Shown here: piece after piece, positions 1-12,344 of the stretch | How positions within the stretch are numbered: position 1 is the first letter of the stretch | Layout: each line of letters starts with the position of its first letter | Assembly (NCBI RefSeq): GCF_004010195.1 | Contig: NC_057711.1 | Location: 77,910,560 to 77,974,559 of the forward strand | Direction: 5' to 3' | Source: Chiloscyllium plagiosum | Taxonomy: Eukaryota | Length of the DNA: 64,000 bases | The notes under the pieces: model-generated | Told to the model about the DNA's origin: nothing | What the model saw: only the letters and a program-made list of their open reading frames with translations | Databases searched by the model: none | Program-made: the position numbers and the translations under genes

Positions 1-2600
1 ATGGTGATGATGCCATTGAATGTCAAGGGACATGGTCATTGCCTAGCACTTGTGTGCTGCAGTTATTACATGCCATTTTTCAGCCTAAAACAGGATATTA
101 TCCATGCCTTGCTGAGTGTGGGTACAGACCGCCTCAGTAATTTGAGGAGTTGTGAATGGTGCAGTCATCTGCGAACGTCCTCATTTCTAACCTTACAATA
201 GAGTGAGAGTCATTGAAGCAGCTGAAGATACTTGGATTACAAGCACTACTCTGAGGAACATCTGCAGAGCTTTCCCAAAGCTGGGATGACTAATGTTCTT
301 TGGGGAAGGAAATTGTCATCCTCATCTGATCTGGCTTACATATGACTCCAGAGCCACAGCAATATGGGTGACTCAAAACTGTCCTCTGAAATGGCTGAGC
401 AACCCATTCTGCTGTAGCAGTCATTAAAAGTCTCAACAAAGATTTTAAATCAGATGCACCAATTGGCATCGACCCAAGCACCTAAGATGACAATGGCAAC
501 AACAACCCTAGTGACCCTGCAAAATTTTCCTTACTAAAATTGGGAGAACTATTTCTCAGACTAATCAAGCAACAGGTGTACAGTCTGGAGGGAGTTGCCC
601 TAGAGTCTTCAATATGGACTCCAGATCCCATGAAGTCTCAAGGCAAGAAGTTAAACATGAGCAAGGAAACCTTCTGCTGATTTATTGTGTACCGTCCTCC
701 ATTAGCTAATCAGTACTCCTCCATTTTGAGCAACACTTGGAGGAGGCACTAAGGATGGCAAAGGTGCAAAATTTACTCTGGATGGGAGATTTCACTACTG
801 TTTGAGTTGCTCAAGTCCTAAAGAACATAGCTGCTAGACCGATTCTACGGCAGGTGGTAAGGGAACCGATAAGAAGATAAAACATACTTGAACTTATCCT
901 CGTGAATCTGCTTGCTGCAAATGCATCTGTCCATGACTCTATTGGTCAGAGTAACCACTGCACATTGTCAATACCTTCCATTGTGTTGTATGGCACTATC
1001 ACCGTGCTAAATGAACAGATGTTGAACAGATCTAACAGCGCAAGTCTGGGATTCCATGAGGTGCTGTTGACCATCAACAGCAGCAGAAATATACTCCAAA
1101 ACAATCTGCAACTTTATGTCCCAGCCTATCCCCTTCATACTTATCTGGTGAAGCTATCGAAACAGTGCTATTTGCATGCCACGCAGCAGGTGATAGACTG
1201 AGTTAAGCAATCCCACAACCAATGGAAGAATCTAAGCTCTGTAGTCCTGCCTGATTCACTCATCAATGTAAGTAGGTAATCAAATAACTGACTGGAGGAG
1301 GTGGCTTCACAAATGTCTCCATTCTCAATGATGGAAGAGTACAAAAAAAAAGTGTCCAGTTACCATTCTCGACAACAGTTATTGACTTAGAACAAAGAGG
1401 ACAAGAGTCAAGTCTGTACCAACTAACCACCAACTTTATTAGTTTAATTAAAACAGACATGCAATTTATTTTTTTTGGTGAAGAAAAGGTTAAGAACAGG
1501 CATGCAATTCATACAAGGCTATAAACTAAGTGCACGCCCATTGGTTTCCATGCCATTCCCTCCTGAATACTTAACAAAAATAAAGGCTAATACCCAAGAA
1601 TAGAAGCTCATACTGGCCAGGAAATTTCTCCCAGGTCTCTGGGCTATTTCCATGCTCCCAGGCATGGGGTCCACAACTTAGCAAAGGTTGTTGTCCAGCG
1701 TTTTCGCTGCTGGCACATCAAAATCCTTAATTTTTTTATCTTTTTCCTAATCTTCCCAAACTGTGGTGTCTTGTTGTTGTTAGCGGGTGCCTTTCCAATA
1801 TAGGCTCACTCCAAGGACACCGTTAGGATTAACTCATTACTCTTCCACCAAATAAGTATTTGCAACATATATCACCCCTCAAAGTTGATCTGGTTTGAGC
1901 CAGCCCAAGCCAGTGGCTGCGGCTCGGATAACTTCAGTTCACAAGCTTGTAGTTTTTAGATATGAGCAATCCCTGGCCAATGTAAGGTTGAAGCATTAGC
2001 AACAGTCTTGAGCCAGAACTACTGAATGGATGATCCATCTGAGTCTGCTGTGATGTCCCCAGCATCACAGATGCTAATCTCAGCAAATTCGATTCACTCC
2101 ATGTTATATCAAGAAACAGTTGGAGGAACTGGATACAGCAGAGGCTACTGGCCCTGACAAAATTTTGGCGATATTCCTGAAGATTTGTGATCTTGATTTT
2201 GCCAAGTTGTTCCAGTATAGTAGCACATTGTCCAGGTATATCCTGTTCACAAAAAACAAGAGAAATCGAACACCGCCAATTACTATATATTCAGTCAACT
2301 CTCAATCATCAGTAAAATGATGGAAAGTATAATCAATAATACTATCAAGCAACACCTACTCAGCGATACCCAGTTTGGGTTCCACCAGGGCCACTCAGCT
2401 CCTGACCTCATTACAGCCTTGGTTCAAACATGGACAAAAAAGCTGCATTTCAGAGGTGAGGTAAGAGTGACAGCCTTGACATCAAGACAGCATTCAATCA
2501 AATGTGCCATTAAAAAGCTTTTGCAAAACTGGAATGAATAGGGAGGGGGGTTTGCAAGCTCTCTGCTGGTTGAATCATACGTGGCATGTAGGATGATGGT
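1..2600. mobile_element. Degenerate CR1-group (L2/Crack/Daphne-like) LINE fragments: about 1-290 on minus, about 290-2600 on plus, interrupted at about 1345-1980
   Basis: RT pieces LDTAEATGPDKI (2120-) and QFGFHQGHSAPDLITALVQTWT...VRVTAL (2317-). Same family as 25478-30130. Confidence 0.75.
1353..1980 (-). mobile_element. Possible LTR-retroelement fragment (3' LTR with polypurine tract) inserted in the LINE
   Basis: On minus, GAGGGGTGATA precedes TGTTGCA at 1867, and AATAAA occurs inside. No clear TSD was found. Confidence 0.35.
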
Positions 2601-2929
2601 TATTTTCTAGTGCTTTGAAATTGAGATATTACCATGCTTTGGGAAGCTGAGTGGCATCTTCTGTTGTCTACAGGTAAATCTACCTGGTCCATGTCATATA
2701 GAATACTTAATGATCAATTAAACTGAGTCACTGGACTATATGTAGACTAACTCTCTCATCCATTCTGCTGTCAATGATGGCTGATCTGTATCTCGTAACT
2801 CCATTACATGCCTAGCAGCAATCTTTATCAGCCTTGCTGAAAGGTCAGTGTCGAGCTTTCGAATTTTAAATTGACTTGGTCACCACAACAATTAGAGGCT
2901 GCAATTTCTAGATTTCTTCTAACATGTGG

Positions 2930-3136
2930 AGATCATTTAGTTCAGCTGGCTAGACTACAGGATTGTAATGCAAAGTGATAGCTATAGTGCAGGTTCACTT
3001 CATGGACAGCTGAGGTTATCATGAAATCTGCCTCCTCAACATTGTCCCTCACTTGAGGCATAGTGACTCCGAGGTTAAATTTACTTCCAGTTGTGACTCT
3101 GTAGTGAGAGAACAGCATGTGGTCTGCTGGTCAATG
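2930..3136 (+). mobile_element. tRNA-derived SINE, second family (paralog on minus at 41555-41765)
   Basis: A-box-like ttagttcagctggct and B-box-like ggttcact. Body matches the reverse complement of 41555-41765. Confidence 0.55.
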
Positions 3137-3141
3137 GATAT

Positions 3142-3834
3142 TGTGATGAAAAGTGTCTGCTTAATCAAAGAGTGCTGATATTTGAATGGGTTTATGAGTG
3201 GGAATGTAAACATTGAAAGCTGTTAGCTTGTTTTTGGTTTGCAATTGTCAAAAATTGATTTCCGTTTAGAAAACCCAAAGATTGGACGTTTCTGTGTAGC
3301 TTTCGAGAAAACCTGACTGGTCAGAAGTATGATTTTTTTTTCTCCTAGAAGGATGCATACAATCGTTCAAAGAATAAGTTAGCTTGGTAGAAAAGATTGT
3401 TTGTGGAGCCTCTTAACCAGTAGTATTTGGTTAGAAATTTGCAGAATATACTGCAAGTCTCTAAACTTTCAGTTTCGTGACTATTCATTTGTAAAAACTT
3501 TACAGTTTACAGCAAAAAATACTGGTACGACTCAGTGGAGTCAAAGTTCAATGTTTGAGACAGAAAGTTACTTTTCTCTGACTGTGAAACTGTAATGTGA
3601 TGGTATCAGGTAACGGCTTGTTTTGCTGTGTTTTAATATTTTTAAAATTGCATTCTGTATTCAGTTTGGTTTTTTGTCCTTTTTGTGTAATAAACTTTTG
3701 TATGATGTTTAAAAGAATCTGTATACTGAGCATGGTGGTCAGTCACTGAAAATGGACGTTTAAAGACTATCTTCAAGTCAGATTTCATTCTGGGGTCTGT
3801 TTGTCCAGTAAAAACTTTAACTAGCACTGTAACA
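3142..3834 (+). mobile_element. Solo LTR (Gypsy-like), 693 bp
   Basis: TGTGATG...TGTAACA termini. 4-bp TSD ATAT at 3138-3141 and 3835-3838. AATAAA at 3689. Confidence 0.8.
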
Positions 3835-3870
3835 ATATTTTATGAACTTACCTGAATACGTCTTTTTCAG

Positions 3871-4023
3871 ATAAAGAAAAAAGCTGTCAAATCAATGACA
3901 CAGAGTGAAAAAGAAGAGGAAAATTCTCCTGCTTACAAAACAGTTATTCAGATCTCTTCAAAAGACCAACTTAACATTACAATGTCAAAATGTGGTTTGA
4001 CCATGCTTAACAATTTGGCAATG
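3871..4023 (+). CDS. VPS13A: VPS13A internal coding exon (1st in window, phase 0-0): IKKKAVKSMTQSEKEEENSPAYKTVIQISSKDQLNITMSKCGLTMLNNLAM
   Basis: tctttttcag acceptor, gtaaga donor, 153 nt. Translation matches the remembered vertebrate VPS13A segment YKTVISFHSKDQLNITLSKCGLVMLNNL. Confidence 0.93.
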
Positions 4024-4781
4024 GTAAGAAATATGTTGTTTAAATAAAAATGATTACTCTATGCCAGATTAGGTGGACCATGGTTTGCTTTTTTAATGAT
4101 AGGAGATTTATACATAAAACTTAGTGCTTTGTGGTTGAATTAGAGGCATACTCTAAGGTGGTTTATTTGTCTCCGAATATACTTGAAGCACTAAAGTGCA
4201 ACAATAAGATTAATTTAATATTTACTTTTGGTTAAGTCCATCCCACTTGGACAAATTCTGTCAAAACCTGCATTACAGCACTTTGATGGTGGCACTCGTG
4301 GAATATCTGACTACTGGAATGCATCCAAGCGTCCTCTATAACTTTAATTGTACTTTCTAGTATTTTTCCCTATGACAGATATAAAGCTAACTGGCCTAAT
4401 AGTTTCATTCTATCTGCTCTCATAGAGTCATAGAGATGTACAGCACGGAAACAGTTCCTTTGGTCCCACTTGTCCATGCTGACCAGTTATCCTAAATAAA
4501 TCTAGTCCCATTTGCCAGCACTTACTCCATATCCCTTTAAACCCTTCCTAATCATATACCCATCCAGATACCTTTTAAATGCCGTAATTATACCAGTCTC
4601 CACCATGTCCTCTGGCAGCTCATTCCATACATGCACCACTCTCTGCATGAAAATGTTACCCCTTAGGTCCCTTTTAATTTTTAACCCCTCTCACCCGAAA
4701 CTTATGACCTCTAATTCTGGACTCCCCCACCCCAGAGAAAAGACCTTGTCTATTTGCCCTATCCATGCTCCTCATGATTAT

Positions 4782-4872
4782 AGCTGAAAATGTTTTGCTG
4801 GAAAAGCGCAACAGGTCAGGCAGCATCCAGGGAACAGGAGAATCGACGTTTTGGGCATAAGCCCTTCTTCAG
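4782..4872 (-). mobile_element. Penelope pLTR-derived fragment with mutated hammerhead core, inserted in CR1
   Basis: Nearly identical to 26277-26370. Minus strand reads CTGAAGA AGGGCTTATGCCC AAAAC GTC. Confidence 0.8.
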
Positions 4873-7194
4873 CCCTTATACCAAACTCTGTAAGGTTACC
4901 CCTCAGCCTCCAATGCTCCAGGGAAAACAGCCCCAGTCTATTCAGCCTCTGCTTGTAGCTCAAAACCTCCAACCCTGGCAATATCCTTGTAAATCTTTTC
5001 TGAACCCTTTCAAGTTTCACAACATCCTTCCATAGGAAGGATTCCAGGATTGCACACAATATTCTAAAAGTGGCCTTACCAATGTCCTGTACAGCTGCAA
5101 CATGACCTCTCAACTCCCATTCTCAATGTTCTGATCAATAAAGGAAAGTATACCAAATGCAGCCTTCACTATCCTATCTACCTGTGATTCCACTTTCAAG
5201 GAACTATGAACCTGCATTTCCAAGGTCTCCCCATGACCTTATCACTAAGTGTTTTAAGTCCTGCTCTGATTTGCCTTTCCAAAATGCAGCACCTGACATT
5301 TATCTAAATTAAACTCCACCTGCCACTCCTCAGCCCATTGACCCATCTAATCAAGATTCTGTTGTACTCTCAGGTGACCTTCTTTGCTGTCCACTATACC
5401 TCAAATTTTTGTCATCTGCAAACTTACTAACTATAGCTCCTTTGTTCACATCCAAATCATTTATGTAAATGACGAAAAGCAGTGAAGCCAGCACTGATCC
5501 TTGTGGCACTCCACTGTTCACAAGCCTCCAATCTGATAAGCAGCCCTGCAACATGACCCTCTGTCTTCTAGCTTTGAGCCAGTTCTGTATCCAGATGGCT
5601 AGTTCTCACTCTAGTCCATATGATCTAACCTCACTTACCAGTCTATCGTGAGGAACCTTTGTCGAATGCCTTACTGAAGTTCATGTAGATCACATCCACA
5701 GCTCTACCCACATCAATCCTCTGTAATGTGGATATTTTTCAAGATGTCACCATCTATAACCCCACATTCTATGTCTTCCATGGCCTTTTCCACAGTAAAC
5801 ACTGATGCAAAATACTCCCCCATCTCCTGTGGTTCCACATATAGGCTACCTTGATGATCTTAGAGGGCCCTATTCTCTCCCTAGTTACCCTTTGTCCTTA
5901 ATGTATTTGTAGAGTCCCTCTGGATTATCCTTAACCCTATTTGCCAAAGCTTTCTCATGTCCCCTTTTTGCCCTCCTGATTTCCCTCTTAAGTATATCCC
6001 TACTGCCTTTATACTCTAAGAATTCATGCAATCTCTGCTGTCTATACTTGACATCTGTTTCCTTCTTTTTCTTAACCAAAACCTCAATTTCTCTTGTCAC
6101 TCAGCATTCCCTATACCTACCGGACTTACCTTTCACCCTAACAGGAACATACTGTCTCTGGTCTCTCGTTATCTCATTTTTGAAGGCTTCTTTTTTTTTT
6201 TAGGCCATTTTCCAGCCGTTCCTTTACCTGAGAACATCTGCCTCCAATCAACTTTTGAAAGTTCTTGCCAAATACCATCAAAATTGGCCTTTCTCCAATT
6301 TAGAACTTTAACTTATAGATCCTGTCTATCCTTTTCCATCACTATTTTAAAACTAATGGCCCCAAAGTGCTCCCCCACTAACACCTCAATCACTTGCCCT
6401 GCCTTATTTCCCAAGAGTAGGTCACGTTTTGCACCTTCACTAGTAGGTACATCCACATACCAAATCAGAAAATGTTCTTGGACACACCCAACCAGTTCCT
6501 CTCCATCTAAACCTTAACACTATGGCAGTCACAGTCTATGTTTGAAAGTTAAAATCCCTGGCCATAACCAACCTATTATTCTTACAGATAACTGCGATCC
6601 CATTACAAATTTGTTTCTCAATTTCCTGCTGAATATTGAAAAATCTATAGTACAATTCCAATAAGGTGATCGTCCCTTTCTTATTTCTCAGTTCAACCCA
6701 AATAACTTCCCTGGGCGTATTCCCAGGAATATTCTCCATAAGTATAGCTGTAAAACTATCCCTTCTTGAAAATGCCACTTTCCCCTCTCTCTTGCCTCCC
6801 TTTCTATTCTTCCTATAGCATTTGTATCCTGAAACATTAAGTTGCAAGTCCTGTCTATTCCTGAGCCATGTCTGTGTAATTACTTCGATGTTCCAGTCCT
6901 ATGTTCTTCACCATGCCCTGAGTTCATCTGCCTTCCCTGTTAGGCCTCTTGCATTGAAATAAATGTAGTTTAATTCATTAATCATACCTTATTCTCTGAT
7001 TTTCCTGCCTCCCTTGACTGTGTTTGACTTGCTCCTTTTCCCAACTGTACCTCACTATTTCCCTGGGTCCCTACCCCCACCTTACTAGTTTAAATCCTCC
7101 CTAGTAGCTCTAGCAAATCTCCCAGCCAGTATATTAGTCCTTCTCCAATTCCGATGCAATCCGTCCCTTGTGGAGGTCACTTCTACCGCGAGGA

Positions 7195-8590
7195 GTCAGA
7201 GTGAGAGTTGTTTCTACCATATACAGCTCGTGTGATATAAATGAGACAGCATTCGTCCAGGACCAAGGTTCCATATGAACACACAGACTACACGAGAGCA
7301 TAGTCATACACAAGGCGGCGAAAAGTACAGTAATTCCAGACAAGACAATAGGCACAGTGGTGGACAAATTACAATGTAACAGTGAATAATCATTAATAAA
7401 ACATTATTTTAGCAGCATTCAAACAGTTGTCTGAAAATTGCAAATGGTGTGCATTCATACAGTGTTAAGGAGCCTGATGGCTTGGGTGAAGAAATTATTG
7501 CACGGTCTGGCCGTGAGAGCCACAAGTCTCCAGTATCTTCTGACAGATGACAGGAGGGAGAAAAGTTTGAGTGAGGGGTGTACGAGGTCGTTCATAATGC
7601 TGTTAGCCTTGTGGATGCAGTGTGGTGTAAATGTCTGTAATGGAGGGAAGGGAGACTCCAATGATCTTCTCAGCTGTCCTCACCATCCGTTGTAGGGTCT
7701 TACAATCTGAAACAGTGCAATTCCCAAACCAGGCAGTGATGCAGATGCTCTGGGTAACCTCTGTAAAATATGGTGAGGATTGGAGGTGGTTGGTGGTTGG
7801 GGGGGCGGATTGGAGATAGACAGACGTGCCTCAACCTATGCAGATAAAGATGCTGCTGGGTGTTCCTGGCTATGGAGCTGGGATTGAGGGACCAGGTGAG
7901 ATTCTCCACCAGGTGAGTGCCAGGAAGTTTGGTGCTCCTCACAAACTCCACGGGGGAGCCATCAATGTCCAGCAGAGAGTGATCGGTCCATGCCCTCCTG
8001 AAGTCAACAACCATCTCTTTCATTTTGTTCACGTTCAAAGACAGGTTGGCTGTGCACCAATCCGCTAGCCACTGCACCTCCTCTCTGTGTGCTGACTTAT
8101 TCGTGCTAATGAGATCCATTACCGTCATGTCATCAGCAAATTTAATAATATAATTCAAATTGCGCATTGCTGCACATTTGTGAGTGAACAGCGGTGGATT
8201 GAGCACACAGTCCTGGGGGGCCCCCTTGCTCAGTATGATGGTGTTGGAGATGCTGTTCCCAATCTGGACTGACTCAGGTCTCCCAGTAAAGAAGTCCAGG
8301 ATCCAGTTACAGAGGGAGGTGTTCAAGCCCAGCAGATTCCGTTTTCCAGTCAGGTGCTGGGGAATGATGGTGTTAAATGCAGAACAGAGGTCTATGAATA
8401 ATAATCTGATGTAGGTGTCCTTCTTGTCCAGGTGGGCAAGGTCTAGATGGTGGGTAGTGGAGATGGCATCATCTGTTGAGCAGTTCGGATGATACACGAA
8501 CTGTAGGGTGTCCAGTGACGGAGGCAGCAGGCCTCATCAGAATCCTCTCAAAACACTTAATGCTGAAGGATGATAACGCAACGGGGCGGT
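7195..8590 (-). mobile_element. Rex1/Babar-type LINE, 5'-truncated, inserted in CR1
   Basis: ORF 7700-8497 DDAIS...[23 protein letters not shown]...KFADD.TV, with a C-terminal SFFPQAIRLLN-like motif. Confidence 0.85.
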
Positions 8591-9546
8591 AGTCAAACAT
8601 TGTAATGATCCAAAAATGTGAACCCTTCTACCCTGCACCAGCTCCTCAGCCATGCATTCATCTGCTCTATCCTCCTGTTCTTACCCTCACTAGCTCATAG
8701 CACTGGGAGTAATCCAGTTATTACTACCCTCAAGGATCTCCTTTTTAAATTCCTGACTAACTTCCTATATTCTCTCTTCAGAATCTCAATCTTGTCCTTT
8801 CCTATGTCATTACTTTCAAGGTGTACAATGACTTCCTGCTGGTCCCTCTCCCCTTTGAGAATATTCTGCAATCTCTGTGAGATAGCCTTGATCCTGGCAC
8901 TAGGGAATCAACACACCATTGAGTTCTTGCTGACGGCGGCAGAGAGGTCTGTCTGTGCCTCTGACTAGAGATCACAATTAATCCCTTGGAACCTGATGTA
9001 CCGCTTGTTACGTTAGAGCCATTCTCGGTACCAGAAACTTAGCCATTTGTGCTACCCCTAAAAGTCCATCACCCCCTCTGTTTTCCAAAACAGCATACTC
9101 GTTTGAGATGGGGATAACCACAGGCAACTCCAGCACTACCTGTCTCCCTCTCCTATCTTTCCTGGAGGTAACCTTACTGTGCCTGTGATTTTTCTTCATT
9201 CCTATAACTGCCATCCATCACAACCCCTAGCTCCTGTAAATTCCTTATTGTCTCTAATTGCAGCTCCAACTGATCGATGTGATCTGATAAGATTCACAAC
9301 CAAACACTTCCTGCAGACATAATCATCAGTAACCTGGAAACTCTCCCTCATCTCCCATATCCGACAGAGCGAGCACATCATTCTACTAAAGGCCATCTTT
9401 GCACTTCAACAATCTACAGATCCAGAAAATAGCACCGTCTTATTGCTCTAAAAAACACTGCTCCAGGCTAACTTAATACTTACATTTTATACTTTTAAAA
9501 TTTAATCAAGAGACAAAACATATAATCAAAAAAAGAACCTACTCTT

Positions 9547-9817
9547 GATTAGGTTAGATTCCGTACAGTGTGGAAACCGGCCCTTTGGCCCAACAAGTCC
9601 ACACCGACCCTCCGAAGAGTAACCCACCCAGTTCCATTTCCCTCTGACTAATGCACTTAACACTACGGGCAATTTAGTATGGCCAATTCACCTGACCTGC
9701 ACATCTTTGGACTGTGGGAGGAAACCGGAGCACCCGGAGGAAACCCACGCAGACACTGGGTGTATGTGCAAACTCCACACGGACAGTTGCCCGAGGCTGG
9801 AATCGAACCTGGGACTC
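9547..9817 (-). mobile_element. HE1-type SINE (5' part missing)
   Basis: Reverse complement of the HE1 core gggtttcctccgggtgctccggtttcctcccacagtccaaagatgtgcagg and of its tail. Confidence 0.9.
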
Positions 9818-10174
9818 AGTATTGTAGATTTACAGCAAACTTAAAAACTATGCACTTAGCTTCTCCCCTGCTGTGAGCTCTTTCATGCAGGTTTCTTCAA
9901 GGTCACCTGTGAATTCGCTGTTTGTTCATTTTTCTTAGATGCACTCCAATGTCCAGAAATACTTGAACTCAACCAGCAAAGGCAGTAGCTGTACAGATTC
10001 ACTGCTGTTTTTGCTTTTGAACAAATGAGTTAAATTTGCCGCCTTCCAATCCCATGCACCCATTCCTGATTCAGAAGGCCTTGGAGTACTAAAACCATTG
10101 GATCAATTCTCTCAATAGTTACCTTTTTAAGACCTTTAGATGCCTTCTTTCAGACCTGGGCACTTTACTCAAGG

Positions 10175-10405
10175 TGAAATACTGTGGGTACTGGAAATCT
10201 GAAACAAACACCGAGATTGCTAGAGAAACATAGCAGGTCTGACAGCATCTGTGGAGAGAGAAATAGTTAATATTTCCAGCCTAGAAATAGTTAATATTTC
10301 CAGCCTAGTATGACTTCATAGTTCAAATTTTATAGTGGATTCAAAATGTTAATTCTGTTTAACTCTCGACAGATACAGCCAGACCTCTATTTGTTGTAGA
10401 TTTGG
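10175..10405. mobile_element. Palindromic PLE-derived short element, family B; contains a 24-bp tandem duplication at 10259-10306
   Basis: Arms aggtctgacagcatctgtggagag / ctctcgacagatacagccagacct. agaaatagttaatatttccagcct occurs twice. Confidence 0.6.
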
Positions 10406-10419
10406 ACCCTTATCTGTCC

Positions 10420-12000
10420 CATTGAAATAAAATGCTCAGTACCGCTTCTCTGGTGATTGGGATTTACTGCTGCATATTGGTTGCTACTTGTGAAGACTGT
10501 CTGTCTTCACTGTTGGAAAATGCCTGTTCATTTCATCTGCTATTTCCTTATTTTCCATTATTACGTCTCTGTCTGACGTTCTGTAGGACATGCTCATTTG
10601 TCAACGCCTCTTCTTTAAATATTTACATAAATTCTTCGTGTTTGTGTTTCATACTTCAGGTTAGCTTTCTCCCCTACTATTAATTTTTCTCTTTTTTAAC
10701 CGTTTGGTTATTCTTTGCATAGGATATAAAACCCTGCAACTTCTGACCTGCCACTTGTATTTGCAAAATTGTATGCTTTTTCATTGACTGCATTTCTAAT
10801 CTTTGTAGATAACCAGGAATGGTGGGTGTGACCCTTGGATGTTTTGCTCTTCATTGGCATGGATGTTTTCTTTACATGCTGCAATATCATCATCATAAAT
10901 GACTGGCACACATCTCTATTGACCTAGCTAAGGATATAAGCTGTTTTGCTAATTGACTTCAGCCAGCTTTGCCTTCATGCCCTCATAAGTGACTTTATTT
11001 AAATTTGAAAATAGCCTGAGACACTCCTCACTTCCTCAAGCTGAAAAGAATTCAACCACATGCTTGATACCACATCCATGTGCCTTCGTTATGAGACTAA
11101 TTAATTAAACCTATTTAATCGTAGAATACCAGTTCTAGTATACTGTACTCTCTGGTCAGCTCCAGCGCATGCTGTTCTAAGACATTATCCTGAAAACATT
11201 CTATGAACATCTAGGCTATCTTTTGTCCATCTGACTTTTCCAGTTGATATGTAGATCATGGGTGGTGGGGTTGCCCAGTGGCTAGTACTGGTCCCTCACA
11301 GTGCCAGGGACCTGGATTCGATTCCAGCCTCTGGTGACTGTCTGCATGGAGTTTGCACATTCTCCCTGTGTCTGCGTGGCTTTCCTCCGGGTGCTCCGGT
11401 TTCCTCCCACAATCCAAAGATGTGCAGGTTAGGTGAATTGCCCATAGTGTACAGGGATATGTAGGTTAGGTGGATTAGTCAGGGTAAATATAGAGTAATG
11501 AGTTTGGGTGGGAGACTCTTCAGAGGGTTGGTGTGGACTTGTTGGGCCAAAGAGCCTGTTTCCACACTGTAGGGAATCTAAAATTCTAAAAATTCTGGAG
11601 GGATTCTAAACATTAGAATCTCCCCTGAGCATTGTCATGCAGTTCTGACAAGTTCTGGTTATTTCTTCCTTTTTTGCCCTGCCCTACAGGTTGCCATCAT
11701 GGGTGCTGCACACCACTCTCACAAGCGAATTCTTGTTTTCATGATTTTTCATTTTGACACAAACTAATTTTATACATCTTTTGACTCCTGAACTAGATCA
11801 GCCCTCTCTATTGTACTAGCATTACCATTAAATAACAGATCAACTTCTTCACCTTTTTCCTTGTTTCCAGTCATTCCTAAAAGTCTTGTACTCTTCAAGA
11901 TTCAAGTCCCAATCCATATCATTCAGCAGCCAGATTATAGCTATTCATTTCTATTTGTATACTCATTTACTTTGTTTTGAATGCTGCGTGGATTCAGTAC
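10420..12000 (-). mobile_element. Old CR1 LINE fragment (endonuclease region), interrupted by HE1
   Basis: Degenerate EN-like segments on minus (GD-N-like at about 11620; ILELV-like at about 11130). Confidence 0.5.
11259..11580 (+). mobile_element. HE1-type SINE
   Basis: tRNA-like head, V-domain core and cctgtttccacactgtaggga tail. Confidence 0.9.
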
Positions 12001-12344
12001 TAAGCCTTTAGATGTATCCTTTAATTCTGCATATAAATTATTGTTCTATCTATTGATTTGGCTTTGAGATTCATACTCTCTAATACATCCTGTCCTGATT
12101 TATCATTGGATTGTTACTATTGGTCTGATTTATTTTCTTTTTCTTCAACCTTGTAATAATTCCTTTACCTTTGACCATAACTTATTCCTAATGCATTCTT
12201 GCCAAGTTGAATCAAGGGTGTTTCATTACGGGCATCTGAGCAAACCTGCTAGTGTTCTGGTCTTGAACATTTTAAATAGGGTGATGGATTCAATTTGCAA
12301 GACATTGAACTAACCAATATAAAAGTATTTTATCGGTGAAAGCT

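Larger units (their letters stand above)
4421..9990 (-). mobile_element. Near full-length, internally deleted CR1/HER1 LINE (ORF1 Zn-finger, endonuclease, RT, 3' tail) with nested insertions
   Basis: ORF1 MCSLCRIWE...YVCRKC (9202-9396). EN region IWVELRNKKG...DFN (6536-6847). RT SGVPQGSVL...SKFADD (5351-5554). LERVQKRFTR, and a (ctatga)n-type tail at 4421. Confidence 0.9.

Noticed and set aside
6026..6517. 163-aa + strand ORF and similar short ORFs in the track
   Set aside because: Antisense or shadow frames of LINE/SINE sequence with no independent coding evidence.
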